Origin: Alphaproteobacteria bacterium
GTDB lineage: Bacteria > Pseudomonadota > Alphaproteobacteria > CAAGCB01 > CAG-977
Direction of reading: 5' to 3'
Length of the DNA stretch: 64,000 bases
NCBI GenBank assembly: GCA_024407875.1
Contig: JAKSVT010000007.1
Location: 1,392-65,391, forward strand
The position numbers and the translations under genes were made by a program. Positions 19,338-29,514 of this stretch are shown here, in pieces. The stretch's first letter is position 1, and each line of letters starts with the position of its first letter. The notes beneath the pieces were generated by a model that saw only the letters and a program-made list of their open reading frames with translations, did no database searches and was not told the origin of the DNA.

Positions 19338-21128
19338 CTAATTGTTTGGGCAATTTGTAAAATCAACGTGATAAACAAGCCAAGGCAAAGGAATAGGATG
19401 ATATTCCGTAAATCCACAAGGAAGTTCAGTTCCTCTAATTAATATTGACGGTAAAACGTTTTTTGCAGGATCAAATAATTTGTAATATTCACGCATTCTC
19501 CAGTCAAAAGCTAATAAATTTTTCTTAGAAGGTTCTGCTAGATATAGAGCAATTGTCGACACTTGATGTTTCTTTAATAAGAAAATTACATTTTTTAAAT
19601 TTAAATCGTTAAATAAGTATATTTCATCGCTCATACCTTCAATATTTGAATGATATGGTGCTGTTACAACATTTTTACCAGTTCTCCAAATTGCATCAGG
19701 AGCAAAAGTTGTTTGAATTAATAAAGAACCTTCTTTTTTTGATAAAGCAGGGATAATTCTTTCTACTCTGTCATATAAAGAATTTTGTATTCCTATAAAA
19801 AGGACTTTATAGGAACTAAAGAATATAAGATTTATAGCAAGGAAGTAGCAAATAATAATAGTATTTTTATAAATTCTTTTTGTTATATATTCAGAAATAT
19901 TTTTTGATTTAAATAAAATGTTCAATGATAGAACAAATGGTACAAACATAAATGTACTAGCTAATCTACTAAAACGAATGGTGTAGCAAGTCTGAATTGT
20001 AAAAGCGAGTAAAGGGATAAAGCATATGAATAAAATCTTTTTTTGCTTTTGATCAGCTTTTTTATAAACAAATAATGATAATAATAATGAGATAAATGGT
20101 GGAATTAAACAAGATTGAACGGTTTCTTGTTTTCTTAATGCTGGTTGCATTTCTATAACAAATCTTAGCCAATATTTGTTTAAAAATTCAGGAAACCAAG
20201 GCTCAAGTATTTGTTGCGGGTCATAAATGAAGAATAATGTAATTACTGATGTTAAAGATAAAACAAAGATTAAAAGAATACGATACAATATCTTAGAAAT
20301 ATTATAGTTCTTTTCAATAAAATCACAGACAAATAAAACTACAGATGTGAATATTGAGATTGTAACATATAGAAAGGAGAGTCTGTTATTATCAGGGTAG
20401 AAAAAACCTTTATAAGGATAATTACAACAAAGAAATACAAAATTGCCTATTGTAAAAGAATAAATAAATTTAGTTATTATTTGTAAATCTAGTTTTTTAT
20501 AACACCATAATAGCAATAAAGGTATTAACATTATGTATGTAAGGAATAATCCTTCTATTGATGCCCATAAGCCTAAAGATGCTGATATGCCGGCTATTAT
20601 AGAATATTTGCTGTTATCAAGAGCTTTAATTAAACCTCCTATTGTAATAATTGCAAATAGGGTAGTTAAAGAATGATGATCAGGTTTTGATATTAAATAC
20701 GTTTCTATGATTGCAGGCTGAATTAAATAAAATACAAGAGCTAAAAATCTATATAATAAAGGAACTGTTGATTTTAATGACCAAATAATACTGATTGCAG
20801 ATAATATCAAAAGAAGTGTTTGTAATGAGGCTCCGCCATAAAAAACGGCTTCTTTAAGAGGATAAATTAAAAATAATGGTAATGAAGCAATAATCCAAAA
20901 TATATCAGGTAATCTGGTAAAATGAAGTATTTCACCAAAAGGGTAATTAGTATGTGTGTAAATGTTTTCCAACCATTTATGATTAGTCAATAAATCTAAA
21001 ACTCTAATAGCATGAGTATAGTTATCTGTATCAACATATCTGCTGTTAAAGAAGCATAGGCACATTATTTGAACAGCCAAAGCCATTAAAATAACAATAG
21101 GATATTCAAATTTTTGGAAAAATTTCAT
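19338..21128 (-). CDS. Large polytopic membrane protein, possible GT-C-type glycosyltransferase (596 aa)
   Basis: About 12 predicted TM helices with an early acidic motif (YVDTDNY) and a C-terminal soluble domain, an architecture reminiscent of ArnT/PMT/STT3-like enzymes. No firm motif match. Confidence 0.3.
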   Translation of the reverse strand: MKFFQKFEYPIVILMALAVQIMCLCFFNSRYVDTDNYTHAIRVLDLLTNHKWLENIYTHTNYPFGEILHFTRLPDIFWIIASLPLFLIYPLKEAVFYGGASLQTLLLILSAISIIWSLKSTVPLLYRFLALVFYLIQPAIIETYLISKPDHHSLTTLFAIITIGGLIKALDNSKYSIIAGISASLGLWASIEGLFLTYIMLIPLLLLWCYKKLDLQIITKFIYSFTIGNFVFLCCNYPYKGFFYPDNNRLSFLYVTISIFTSVVLFVCDFIEKNYNISKILYRILLIFVLSLTSVITLFFIYDPQQILEPWFPEFLNKYWLRFVIEMQPALRKQETVQSCLIPPFISLLLSLFVYKKADQKQKKILFICFIPLLAFTIQTCYTIRFSRLASTFMFVPFVLSLNILFKSKNISEYITKRIYKNTIIICYFLAINLIFFSSYKVLFIGIQNSLYDRVERIIPALSKKEGSLLIQTTFAPDAIWRTGKNVVTAPYHSNIEGMSDEIYLFNDLNLKNVIFLLKKHQVSTIALYLAEPSKKNLLAFDWRMREYYKLFDPAKNVLPSILIRGTELPCGFTEYHPIPLPWLVYHVDFTNCPNN

Positions 21129-22546
21129 TATTTCGAACCGCCAACAGTAATCTTTTTAATTCTAATTGTTGGTTGTCCAACTCCTACAGGAACCATTTGT
21201 CCAGCTTTCCCACAAGAACCAATTCCAGGATCTAAGCATAAATCATTACCAATCATATCGACATTATTCATAACTTCAATTCCACTTCCTATTAAAGTAG
21301 CATCTTTAATAGGAGCTGTTATTTTACCATTTTCAATCAAATAAGCTTCAGCGGTTGTAAATACAAATTTACCTGATGTAATATCAACTTGACCACCATG
21401 GAATGATTTGGCATAAATACCATTTTTTACAGAACTTATTATTTCTTCAGGATTTTTGTCTCCATTTTCCATAAATGTATTTGTCATTCTGACGACAGGA
21501 GAATATTTATATGATGTTCTTCTGCCATTGCCTGTTAAAGGCTTGTTCATTAATTTAGCATTTATACGATCTGTCATATAGTTCTTTAAAATGCCATCTT
21601 CGATTAGAACAGTTCTTGATGATGGAGTTCCTTCGTCATCTATATTTATAGAACCTCTCAATGAATTAATAGTACCATCGTCAACAATTGTAATGCCTTT
21701 TGCTGTTACTTGCTCTCCGATTTTGTTTGAAAATACAGAAGTTCCTTTTCTATTAAAGTCTCCTTCTAGTCCATGGCCAACAGCTTCATGTAATAAAACA
21801 CCACTGAAACTGTTACCAAGAACAACAGGCATTTCTCCAATAGGAGCTTTTTTAGCATCGAAACCCATTAAAGAAAGTCTTACAGCTTCATCGGATATAT
21901 GTTTCCAATTGCTTTCTTGTAATAATTTTTCGTATTCATATCGGCCTCCTAAACCAGAAGATCCTGAATACGATTCATTATTATTTTTGGATACAACATT
22001 TACTCTTAAATTTACTTGAGGCCTAATGTCAAAAGTTTTAAAACCATCAGCTCTAATAATATAAATAACTTTCCAACCACCAGACAAAGAAATAGAGGCT
22101 TGAGACACTTTGTTGTTCTGCTTTCTAACGTAATCGTTTATTTCATAAAGCAGTTTAACTTTTTTATCGAAGTCTATGTTTTCAAAAGGATTTTCTTTTG
22201 TATACAGGTCGTGTTTGTCTAATAATTTTGGTAAAAATTTAGGACTGTTAGACGTTAGAGGTTTTAAATTTTCACTAGCGTCTAATAAGCTCTTTTTAGT
22301 TATATTATCAGATATAGCAGTAATAGATTTGTCGTCACTAATGCCACGAAGACAAAAACCTTTGTCAATATTGTAAGAAGAACTTTTTATTATGTTTTGA
22401 TCAAGGTATAAGTGCTCACTAATAGAATATTCAAGGAAAAGCTCCCCATCATCTAATTTTTGTAATGTATTAGTTGTAATTTTTGTTGCTTCGTCAATTG
22501 ACAATTCATTAAACAAAAGATTCGCAGTGTTTTGATCAATATCCAT
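21128..22546 (-). CDS. tldD: Metalloprotease TldD (peptidase U62)
   Basis: Conserved HEAVGHGLEGDFNRKGTS block and a Gly-rich C-terminal region typical of TldD. Confidence 0.85.
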   Translation of the reverse strand: MDIDQNTANLLFNELSIDEATKITTNTLQKLDDGELFLEYSISEHLYLDQNIIKSSSYNIDKGFCLRGISDDKSITAISDNITKKSLLDASENLKPLTSNSPKFLPKLLDKHDLYTKENPFENIDFDKKVKLLYEINDYVRKQNNKVSQASISLSGGWKVIYIIRADGFKTFDIRPQVNLRVNVVSKNNNESYSGSSGLGGRYEYEKLLQESNWKHISDEAVRLSLMGFDAKKAPIGEMPVVLGNSFSGVLLHEAVGHGLEGDFNRKGTSVFSNKIGEQVTAKGITIVDDGTINSLRGSINIDDEGTPSSRTVLIEDGILKNYMTDRINAKLMNKPLTGNGRRTSYKYSPVVRMTNTFMENGDKNPEEIISSVKNGIYAKSFHGGQVDITSGKFVFTTAEAYLIENGKITAPIKDATLIGSGIEVMNNVDMIGNDLCLDPGIGSCGKAGQMVPVGVGQPTIRIKKITVGGSK

Positions 22547-22567
22547 AATGATTTCCTTAAAACTAAA

Positions 22568-23761
22568 TTAGTCTAGTTGATAAACTAACATTTTTAAATA
22601 AGCTGTTTCTGGTAATTGTGGATGAACAGGGTGGTCAGGGCCAGCTCCTGCTTGATATATTAATTTTCCTGTTTTTCCAGCTTCTATTATTCCTCTTGAA
22701 CATTCTTCGAAAAATTCGTCAGGCTTTACATGGTGTGAGCATGATCCTAAAGCTAAAAATCCATCATGTTCAACAATTCGTGCTGCTAAATGAGCCATCT
22801 TTCTATAGCCTCTTAATCCTGCTTGAATATCTTTTTTGTTCTTAGCAAAAGCAGGAGGATCGCAAATTACTACACCAAATTTTTCTTTGTCTTGATAGAA
22901 ATTTTCTAAAACATCAAAGGAATTGTCTTTTATCCAAGAAACTTTGTCAGTTACATTGTTCTTTTCTGCTGCTAACTTTGCTAAATTAAGAGCTGTTTCA
23001 GAACGGTCGATTCCAATAACTTCTTTTGCTCTTCCTATTGCTGTATGTAAAGCAAAGCCTCCTGCATAAGTGTAAAAATCAACGCATCTTTTGTTTGGAG
23101 CTAATTTGCCAATAAAAGATCTGTTTTCTCTTTGGTCGTAGAACCAGCCTGTCTTTTGTCCATCTTTTAAATCAGCAAAGAAATAAATTCCGTTTTCTCT
23201 AACAGGGACAACGTCAGGTAAATTTCCTTTTACAACTTCATATAAAGGTTCCAATCCTTCTAAAGCTCTAGCATTGCTTTCTGCTCTTAAAACAATACAT
23301 TTTGGATTTAAAACTTTATCTAAAGCGTTAACGATTTGCGTCTTTAATAATTCCATACCAGCTGTGTTTATTTGGACAGCTATAATATCATCAAATCTGT
23401 CTACAATTAATCCAGGAAGTCCATCAGCTTCAGAGTGAATTAATCTATAAAAAGGAGAATTAATCAAAGCGTTTCTAACAAAAAGAGCTTTGTTTAATTT
23501 TTTTACTATAAAATCTTCATTTATTTCTGTTTGAATATCACCAGCAAATTTTCTAAATGCAATTAAAGAATGCATATTAAAAGAGCCAACGCCCATAAAT
23601 GTATTTTGAGCATCAAAAAGCTTTACGATTGTTCCTGATGGTATTTGTTTTGTTTCTTGAGTCATATCAATTTCGTTAGAATAAACCCAAGGAGAACCTG
23701 ATTTTATACGACGATTTGCGCCTTGTTTTAATTTTATTTCAGGTATAAGTAAATTTTTCAT
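22568..23761 (-). CDS. rlmI: 23S rRNA (cytosine-C5) methyltransferase RlmI-like (PUA plus class I SAM-MTase)
   Basis: N-terminal PUA-like LKQGANRRIKSGSPWVYSNEI. SAM-binding FYTYAGGFALH and DPPAFAKNKKD motifs. Confidence 0.75.
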   Translation of the reverse strand: MKNLLIPEIKLKQGANRRIKSGSPWVYSNEIDMTQETKQIPSGTIVKLFDAQNTFMGVGSFNMHSLIAFRKFAGDIQTEINEDFIVKKLNKALFVRNALINSPFYRLIHSEADGLPGLIVDRFDDIIAVQINTAGMELLKTQIVNALDKVLNPKCIVLRAESNARALEGLEPLYEVVKGNLPDVVPVRENGIYFFADLKDGQKTGWFYDQRENRSFIGKLAPNKRCVDFYTYAGGFALHTAIGRAKEVIGIDRSETALNLAKLAAEKNNVTDKVSWIKDNSFDVLENFYQDKEKFGVVICDPPAFAKNKKDIQAGLRGYRKMAHLAARIVEHDGFLALGSCSHHVKPDEFFEECSRGIIEAGKTGKLIYQAGAGPDHPVHPQLPETAYLKMLVYQLD

Positions 23762-23809
23762 AGAGTTTCCTTTATAAATTAATTAAAATGATTTTCGCAC
23801 AAGTATATC

Positions 23810-25879
23810 ATGATAGAGGGTAAGATGTCCAAAAAAGAAAAAAGATTTTCTGCAGGCCAGATTTTATTTAATCAGGGCAAGCCTTGTCAATACGTTTATA
23901 ACCTAATAATGGGGCAAGTAGAACTATTTACCATAAAAAATGGTAAAGAGGTTGTAATAAGAACCGTTGATAAAGATGAATCTTTTGGTAATGAAGATGC
24001 TTTAAGTGGTGTATATGGATATTCTGCTCGTGCAAAGTCTACAACTTTAGTTATAGAACAACCAACCAGAGAGTATATTTCAGAACTTGAACAACATGGC
24101 CAATTAGCTCCTTCAAAAAAGAATGAAAATGTTCAGGAAAGTGCTTTAGATGATTTTAATTTTGATATCGAAACAAAGGCTGAGCCTGAACGTAGACCAA
24201 GGCCTATTAGGTCAGGAAGAGATGGAGCAAGACCGCCTAGAAGAGGATTAGGAAGATCTGAGGATAAAATAGAGGATAATTCATTTGATTTTTCGGATTC
24301 TGATTCTAATAGCAATAAGCCAATAGTAAGTTCAAATAATAGTCCGTTAGTAAAAGTAAATGAGAAATTTTCTATAGCTCCTGCGCCAAATACAATTGTT
24401 GATTTAAAACCACAGCATTTTAAAACCGAAATAAAGAATCCAACTTTAGCTAGATGGTTTAGAGATGGTAGCAAAAAGGAAAATGTAACTTACGGTCCGG
24501 TTCTTTTGTTAGCTTCAATTGAAAGAGATATCAATGGAGATATTGTAAATCACATTTATAGCATTTTAAGACAAGTTCCGAATTTACAGGTAAAAATAGT
24601 AGATAAATACATTTCAGATCCAAGCTATTCAAGAGCTTCATTACAAATGCAATCATGGTTGGAGATGCATGAAGCTGATTTCGGTATGTATGCAACATTA
24701 GATAATGCAGGAAGAATATTGGAAATTTACTTAGTAAATCCAACTTACAATAACAAAGAAAAGTTCTATACGAGATTTTTCTTGCCTGTAGATATGGATG
24801 ATAAATGCAATGCTTTGTTAAAAGCTTTTACTGTAAGCGTTATTAATCCAACAAGATTAGAAGCTGAACAAATAGTTAGATTTTATTTGCCAAATTCAGT
24901 AAAAGAGATTTCTTCGTATGCTGGAGAACCTTTGGTTGGGTTAAACCCTGAAGATGCTGCTGTTAATATGGTTGTTTATGCAAATATTTTGTCAATGCTA
25001 ACAATTTATGGCTGGATTGAAAACAAATATGATGAAGCTTATAAAGTTTATAAAAAAGCTATAGATAAGTTACCTATATTTACGTCAGAATATGTTTTTG
25101 CTAGACGTCAATTGGGGTTAATGTGTCAATTAAATGCTGAACAAAATCAAAATGTTGAAAATTATATAGAAGCTGAACATTGTTTTAGTGCTGCATTAAA
25201 AACAGTTTCAAGACATAAACAACCTGATTTGTATGGCGATTTAAACCTAAGAGTTGGAAAAGTTAGACAACAAATTGCAAGTTATTCAGGTAAGGGCACT
25301 GATTTTGCTGATGCTATGCAGTCATATAGAGACGCTTTGACAGTTTTAAGAGTTTATAAAGATGTTGAAAAATGGGCCGATGCTGTAAATGGCCTTGCTA
25401 AAACAATGCAAATATTTTCTTCATATAGCTCAAAAACTATATTGTTAAGTAAATCTATTGAATTATATGAGATGGAAATTAACTTAATTGATAAAGAAAA
25501 ATATCCATTACTTTGGGCAAGAGCTTCGAATAACTTAGCTTCAGCGTTGTTTTTATTGTCTGATAGAGAAAATCAAAATCCAAGTCTATTAAGAAGAGCT
25601 GTTGAGGCCTTTTCTAATGCATTATCTGTATATGAGAATGAAGGCGCTGAAAAAATGGCAGATATTACTCAGCGCAATTTAAAACGAGCAGAGTTATCTT
25701 TAAAAGATGTAGAAAGCGAGTTAGAAAAGAAAGAAAACTGGTTTGATGATTTAATTGAGGACTTGAATAATAAAGAAAAAACGACTGAAGAAGTAAAAGA
25801 AGATGCTGAGGAAAAACCTGAAGAGCCTTTAGTATTTGAAAAAATAACAGTTTTCGATGAGCTCGATGAAGAAGAATAA
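23810..25879 (+). CDS. Multidomain protein: N-terminal cyclic-nucleotide-binding-like domain, Arg/Pro-rich disordered linker, C-terminal TPR-like helical repeats (689 aa)
   Basis: FSAGQILFNQGKPCQYVYNLIMGQVELF...ESFGNEDAL resembles cNMP-binding beta-roll. Linker RRPRPIRSGRDGARPPRRGLGRS. Acidic C-terminal tail. Confidence 0.4.
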   Translation: MIEGKMSKKEKRFSAGQILFNQGKPCQYVYNLIMGQVELFTIKNGKEVVIRTVDKDESFGNEDALSGVYGYSARAKSTTLVIEQPTREYISELEQHGQLAPSKKNENVQESALDDFNFDIETKAEPERRPRPIRSGRDGARPPRRGLGRSEDKIEDNSFDFSDSDSNSNKPIVSSNNSPLVKVNEKFSIAPAPNTIVDLKPQHFKTEIKNPTLARWFRDGSKKENVTYGPVLLLASIERDINGDIVNHIYSILRQVPNLQVKIVDKYISDPSYSRASLQMQSWLEMHEADFGMYATLDNAGRILEIYLVNPTYNNKEKFYTRFFLPVDMDDKCNALLKAFTVSVINPTRLEAEQIVRFYLPNSVKEISSYAGEPLVGLNPEDAAVNMVVYANILSMLTIYGWIENKYDEAYKVYKKAIDKLPIFTSEYVFARRQLGLMCQLNAEQNQNVENYIEAEHCFSAALKTVSRHKQPDLYGDLNLRVGKVRQQIASYSGKGTDFADAMQSYRDALTVLRVYKDVEKWADAVNGLAKTMQIFSSYSSKTILLSKSIELYEMEINLIDKEKYPLLWARASNNLASALFLLSDRENQNPSLLRRAVEAFSNALSVYENEGAEKMADITQRNLKRAELSLKDVESELEKKENWFDDLIEDLNNKEKTTEEVKEDAEEKPEEPLVFEKITVFDELDEEE

Positions 25880-25901
25880 TTTTTATAAATGAGAATAAAT
25901 T

Positions 25902-27713
25902 ATGAATTTAAATCCAATTGATATAGGGATTATAGTTTCCTTTTTGGTAATTACGTTTATTATAGGTTTTTCAACTACTCATTCTTCTGGTAAAAATAAA
26001 GAAGAATTCTTTTTAGGTGGTAGATCAATGCCTTGGTGGCTTTTAGGCTTTTCAATGGTAGCGACTACATTTAGTGTAGATACACCTAATTTAGTTACAA
26101 ATTTAGTTAGAACAGGAGGGGTTAGCTCAAATTGGAGTTGGTGGGCGATGCTTCCTGGTGGAATGCTTACTGTTTTCTTGTATGCAAATTTGTGGAGAAG
26201 AAGTGAAGTATTAACAGATATAGAATTTTATGAACTTAGATATTCAGGAAAATTGGCTACATTTTTAAGAAAATTTCGTACAGTTTTTATAGGATTATTC
26301 TTTACGATTATTTCTATAGCTAACATTACATTGGCCTTAATTAAAGTATGTGGTGTCGTTTTAAATTTTTCTCCGATATTGACAATTGTTATTGCAATGG
26401 GAATTACAACAGCTTTTTCTGCAGCTGGTGGATTAAAGGGCGTTTTGTTAAGTGATATGCTGTTATTTGTCCTAGCTATGATAGCATCTGTTGTATCAGC
26501 AATTTTTGTTGTCAATTTGCCAGAAATTGGTGGATTGTCAACGATGATTCAAAAACTAGCTCAAAGTCCAGAAAATGTCAATAAGATGGGAATAGTTAGT
26601 TTTGGATCCGTCTCTGATTTTATATCGATGTTTTTAATTCCTATTTCTTTGGTTTGGTGGAGTGTGTGGTATGCTGGAGCTGAACCGGGAGGTGGAAGTT
26701 TTGTTGCACAAAGAATGTTAGCAGCAAAAGACGAAAATCACGCAGTAAAGGCAACTTTGTTCTTTAATATATTACATTATAGCATTCGTCCGTGGCCTTG
26801 GATGTTGGTGGCTTTGGCTTCTTTGGTGTTGTATCCAAATCATGAAGCTCTAGTTTTGGCATTAAAAGGAGTTGTTCCTGAACATCAAATTGGAGCAGAT
26901 GTAGCATATTCTTTAATGATAAATAAAATTCCTCATGGATGGTTAGGCTTAGTTATAACGTCGATGGTTGCAGCGTATGTTTCGACATTATCTACTTTAT
27001 TGAATTTATCATCAGGATATTTCGTAAATGATTTATATGTTAGGTTTATAAATCCAGCAGCATCTTCAAAAAAACAAGTTTTTGTTGGAAGGTTTGTAAC
27101 TGTTGTTATTGCTGTATTAAGTGCTGTTTTTTCTTTGTTTTTAAACAATGCATTAGATGTATTTCAATTTTTGTTATCATTTGGTGCAGGGACAGGCTTA
27201 ATCTTTATGCTTAGATGGTTCTGGTGGCGTATAAACGCTTTATCGGAATTAATTGCTATGATTAGTGCTTTTGTTTTCTCTATTTATTTTACTTTTGTTC
27301 ATCAGCACATTTTCCCAAATGTTGAGATTTCTTGGGCGTTTTCTTTAGTTTTACAAACAATTCTTGTAACAATATGCTGGGTTGTAGCTGCATATTTGGG
27401 ACCTAAAACTGATAAAGATACATTGATAAAGTTTTATAAAAAAACAAAACCTGCTGGATACGGATGGAATTATGTAATTAAATTAGCAAAGGAAGAGAAT
27501 ATTGATGTTGAAGTATCTAAGAAAAGCCTGTTAAAAAAATCTGTTTTTGCTGCTTTTTGTGGAACAGTAATGATTTACTCAATTTTGTTTTTAAGTGGTG
27601 AATTTATTTATGGTAGGACATTAAGTGGCATTTTATATTCACTTTTGTTTGTTGCTACATTTTATTTAACTCTATATATGATGAAAAATATTAGAAAAGA
27701 TATTAACAAATAA
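25902..27713 (+). CDS. Sodium:solute symporter family (SSF) transporter (603 aa)
   Basis: About 13 TM helices, with the SSF-like block GGRSMPWWLLGFSMVATTFSVDTPNLV. Confidence 0.65.
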   Translation: MNLNPIDIGIIVSFLVITFIIGFSTTHSSGKNKEEFFLGGRSMPWWLLGFSMVATTFSVDTPNLVTNLVRTGGVSSNWSWWAMLPGGMLTVFLYANLWRRSEVLTDIEFYELRYSGKLATFLRKFRTVFIGLFFTIISIANITLALIKVCGVVLNFSPILTIVIAMGITTAFSAAGGLKGVLLSDMLLFVLAMIASVVSAIFVVNLPEIGGLSTMIQKLAQSPENVNKMGIVSFGSVSDFISMFLIPISLVWWSVWYAGAEPGGGSFVAQRMLAAKDENHAVKATLFFNILHYSIRPWPWMLVALASLVLYPNHEALVLALKGVVPEHQIGADVAYSLMINKIPHGWLGLVITSMVAAYVSTLSTLLNLSSGYFVNDLYVRFINPAASSKKQVFVGRFVTVVIAVLSAVFSLFLNNALDVFQFLLSFGAGTGLIFMLRWFWWRINALSELIAMISAFVFSIYFTFVHQHIFPNVEISWAFSLVLQTILVTICWVVAAYLGPKTDKDTLIKFYKKTKPAGYGWNYVIKLAKEENIDVEVSKKSLLKKSVFAAFCGTVMIYSILFLSGEFIYGRTLSGILYSLLFVATFYLTLYMMKNIRKDINK

Positions 27714-27741
27714 TAGTTTTTCTTTTCGTTTTTATAAAAAA

Positions 27742-27770
27742 CTCCACTATAAAAAGTGGAGATTTTTTTT
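27742..27770. terminator. Bidirectional rho-independent terminator between convergent genes
   Basis: Stem CTCCACT (27742-27748) / AGTGGAG (27755-27761) with loop ATAAAA, flanked by an A-run upstream and T8 downstream. Confidence 0.5.
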
Positions 27771-27784
27771 GAAATTTTTAAGTT

Positions 27785-28522
27785 TTATTGAATTAAATTA
27801 TTTAATAAAATTCGTATGTTATCAAAAGAAGTTAATGTAATATATAAAATAACTGTAATATAAACACTTAAGCCATAAGAACCTTCTCTACTTCGTTTTA
27901 TGTATAAACTAATGGCAAAAGGAATTATTGAAACGATAATAACAAAAACTAAACCAGTTATTCCAAACCAAGATCCTATACCTGCTAATAACTTAACATC
28001 GCCACCGCCAAGTTTTTCGGGTAAAAATGAGTGAGTTAAAGCACTTGTTATCATAGGAATAATGTAGCCACATATTGCTCCAATAATTGATGCTTCAGGT
28101 GATATGCCTGATAATTGATAAGTTGCAGCAAAAAAACCTAAAATTATTGAAGGAACAGTTAATACATCAGGTAAAATACTGAATTTTTCATCAATTGCTG
28201 ACATTAATGCTAACATCAAAATTAAAAATGTAATGAATGGATAATTAGGACAAAAATAGTTTGTTAAAAGAACTGTAATTGTTCCTATAATGCACGAAAT
28301 AAAGCAGTTTACTATAAGCTTTGACCATAATTTCTTTCTTAATTTTTGGCGTTTTTCATCTTTAGCTTTTGAAAATTTTGGAAAATGAAAAGATTTAACA
28401 AAAGCAGTTCCTGCATCAGCAGGCATAAATTTGCCATATCTTCGAGCAAAAAGAGGAATGCAAAAATAAAAAACTGAACAAATTAATATTAATGTGGAAA
28501 AATTCATAACTTTATCTTTCAA
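27785..28522 (-). CDS. Prepilin peptidase, A24 family (245 aa)
   Basis: Polytopic membrane protein with the conserved GGGDVKLLAGIGSWFG motif and a second Asp region typical of type IV prepilin/Tad peptidases. Confidence 0.6.
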   Translation of the reverse strand: MKDKVMNFSTLILICSVFYFCIPLFARRYGKFMPADAGTAFVKSFHFPKFSKAKDEKRQKLRKKLWSKLIVNCFISCIIGTITVLLTNYFCPNYPFITFLILMLALMSAIDEKFSILPDVLTVPSIILGFFAATYQLSGISPEASIIGAICGYIIPMITSALTHSFLPEKLGGGDVKLLAGIGSWFGITGLVFVIIVSIIPFAISLYIKRSREGSYGLSVYITVILYITLTSFDNIRILLNNLIQ

Positions 28523-28587
28523 ACTAAATATTTAGAAGTATAATATCATTTTAGTTAACAGTCGAGAGTTTTAACGAAAGATTTAAT

Positions 28588-29514
28588 ATGAGTTGTTTAT
28601 TTGACAAAGTTACTTTTATTGGTATGGGGCTGATAGGATCTTCTTTAGCTAGAGTTTTAAAAAATAATAATTTATGTAATAAAATAATTGCAGTTACAAG
28701 AAATCCTGAAACCAAAGATAAAATTTTAAGTTTAAATTTAGCTGATGAAGTTTTTTTTGAAGCAAAAGAAGCCGTAAAAGATAGTGATATTGTTATTATT
28801 GCAACGCCAGTTAGTTCTATAATTAAAATTATTCCTGATATTGAAGGATTTATGAAAAAGGGAGCTATTTTAACGGATGTAGGCTCTGTTAAAGGTTCAA
28901 TTGCTAGTATAAAGGTTTCTAATAATATTCATTTTATTCCAGCTCATCCTATTGCAGGTACCGAAAAATCTGGTCCAGAAAATGGTTTTGCCGAACTTTT
29001 TGAAAACAGGTGGTGTATTATTACGCCATTAGATAGAAAAGATAATGAATATAAAAATTCATTAGATTTGGTATGTGAAATGTGGAAAATTGCAGGGATG
29101 CGAGTCGAAATTATGGACCCTAAAAGACATGATATGGTTATGGCTTTAATGTCCCATTTGCCACACTTAATAGCGTATACAATTGTAGGTACAGCAGCAG
29201 ATTTAGAAGAAAACTCCGGCCATGATGTTTTAAAATATGCAGCAGGAGGTTTTAGAGATTTTACGAGAATTGCAGGTTCTGACCCTGTTATGTGGAGAGA
29301 TATTTTCTTTAATAACACAGAAGCAGTATTAGAATGTTGTCAAAGGTTCAATGAAGATTTGACTATGCTTCAAAAAGCAATTAGATATAAGGATAGCGAT
29401 TCATTGTTAAAGTGGTTTGAGAGAACAAGACAAATTCGAAGAGAAGTTGTTGAGTATGGTCAAGCTCAACCAGAAAATGAAAAAATATTGTTAAAAGGTA
29501 AAAAGGTGAACTAA
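28588..29514 (+). CDS. tyrC: Prephenate/arogenate (cyclohexadienyl) dehydrogenase
   Basis: N-terminal NAD-binding FIGMGLIGSSLARVL. Catalytic HPIAGTE block. Confidence 0.8.
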   Translation: MSCLFDKVTFIGMGLIGSSLARVLKNNNLCNKIIAVTRNPETKDKILSLNLADEVFFEAKEAVKDSDIVIIATPVSSIIKIIPDIEGFMKKGAILTDVGSVKGSIASIKVSNNIHFIPAHPIAGTEKSGPENGFAELFENRWCIITPLDRKDNEYKNSLDLVCEMWKIAGMRVEIMDPKRHDMVMALMSHLPHLIAYTIVGTAADLEENSGHDVLKYAAGGFRDFTRIAGSDPVMWRDIFFNNTEAVLECCQRFNEDLTMLQKAIRYKDSDSLLKWFERTRQIRREVVEYGQAQPENEKILLKGKKVN

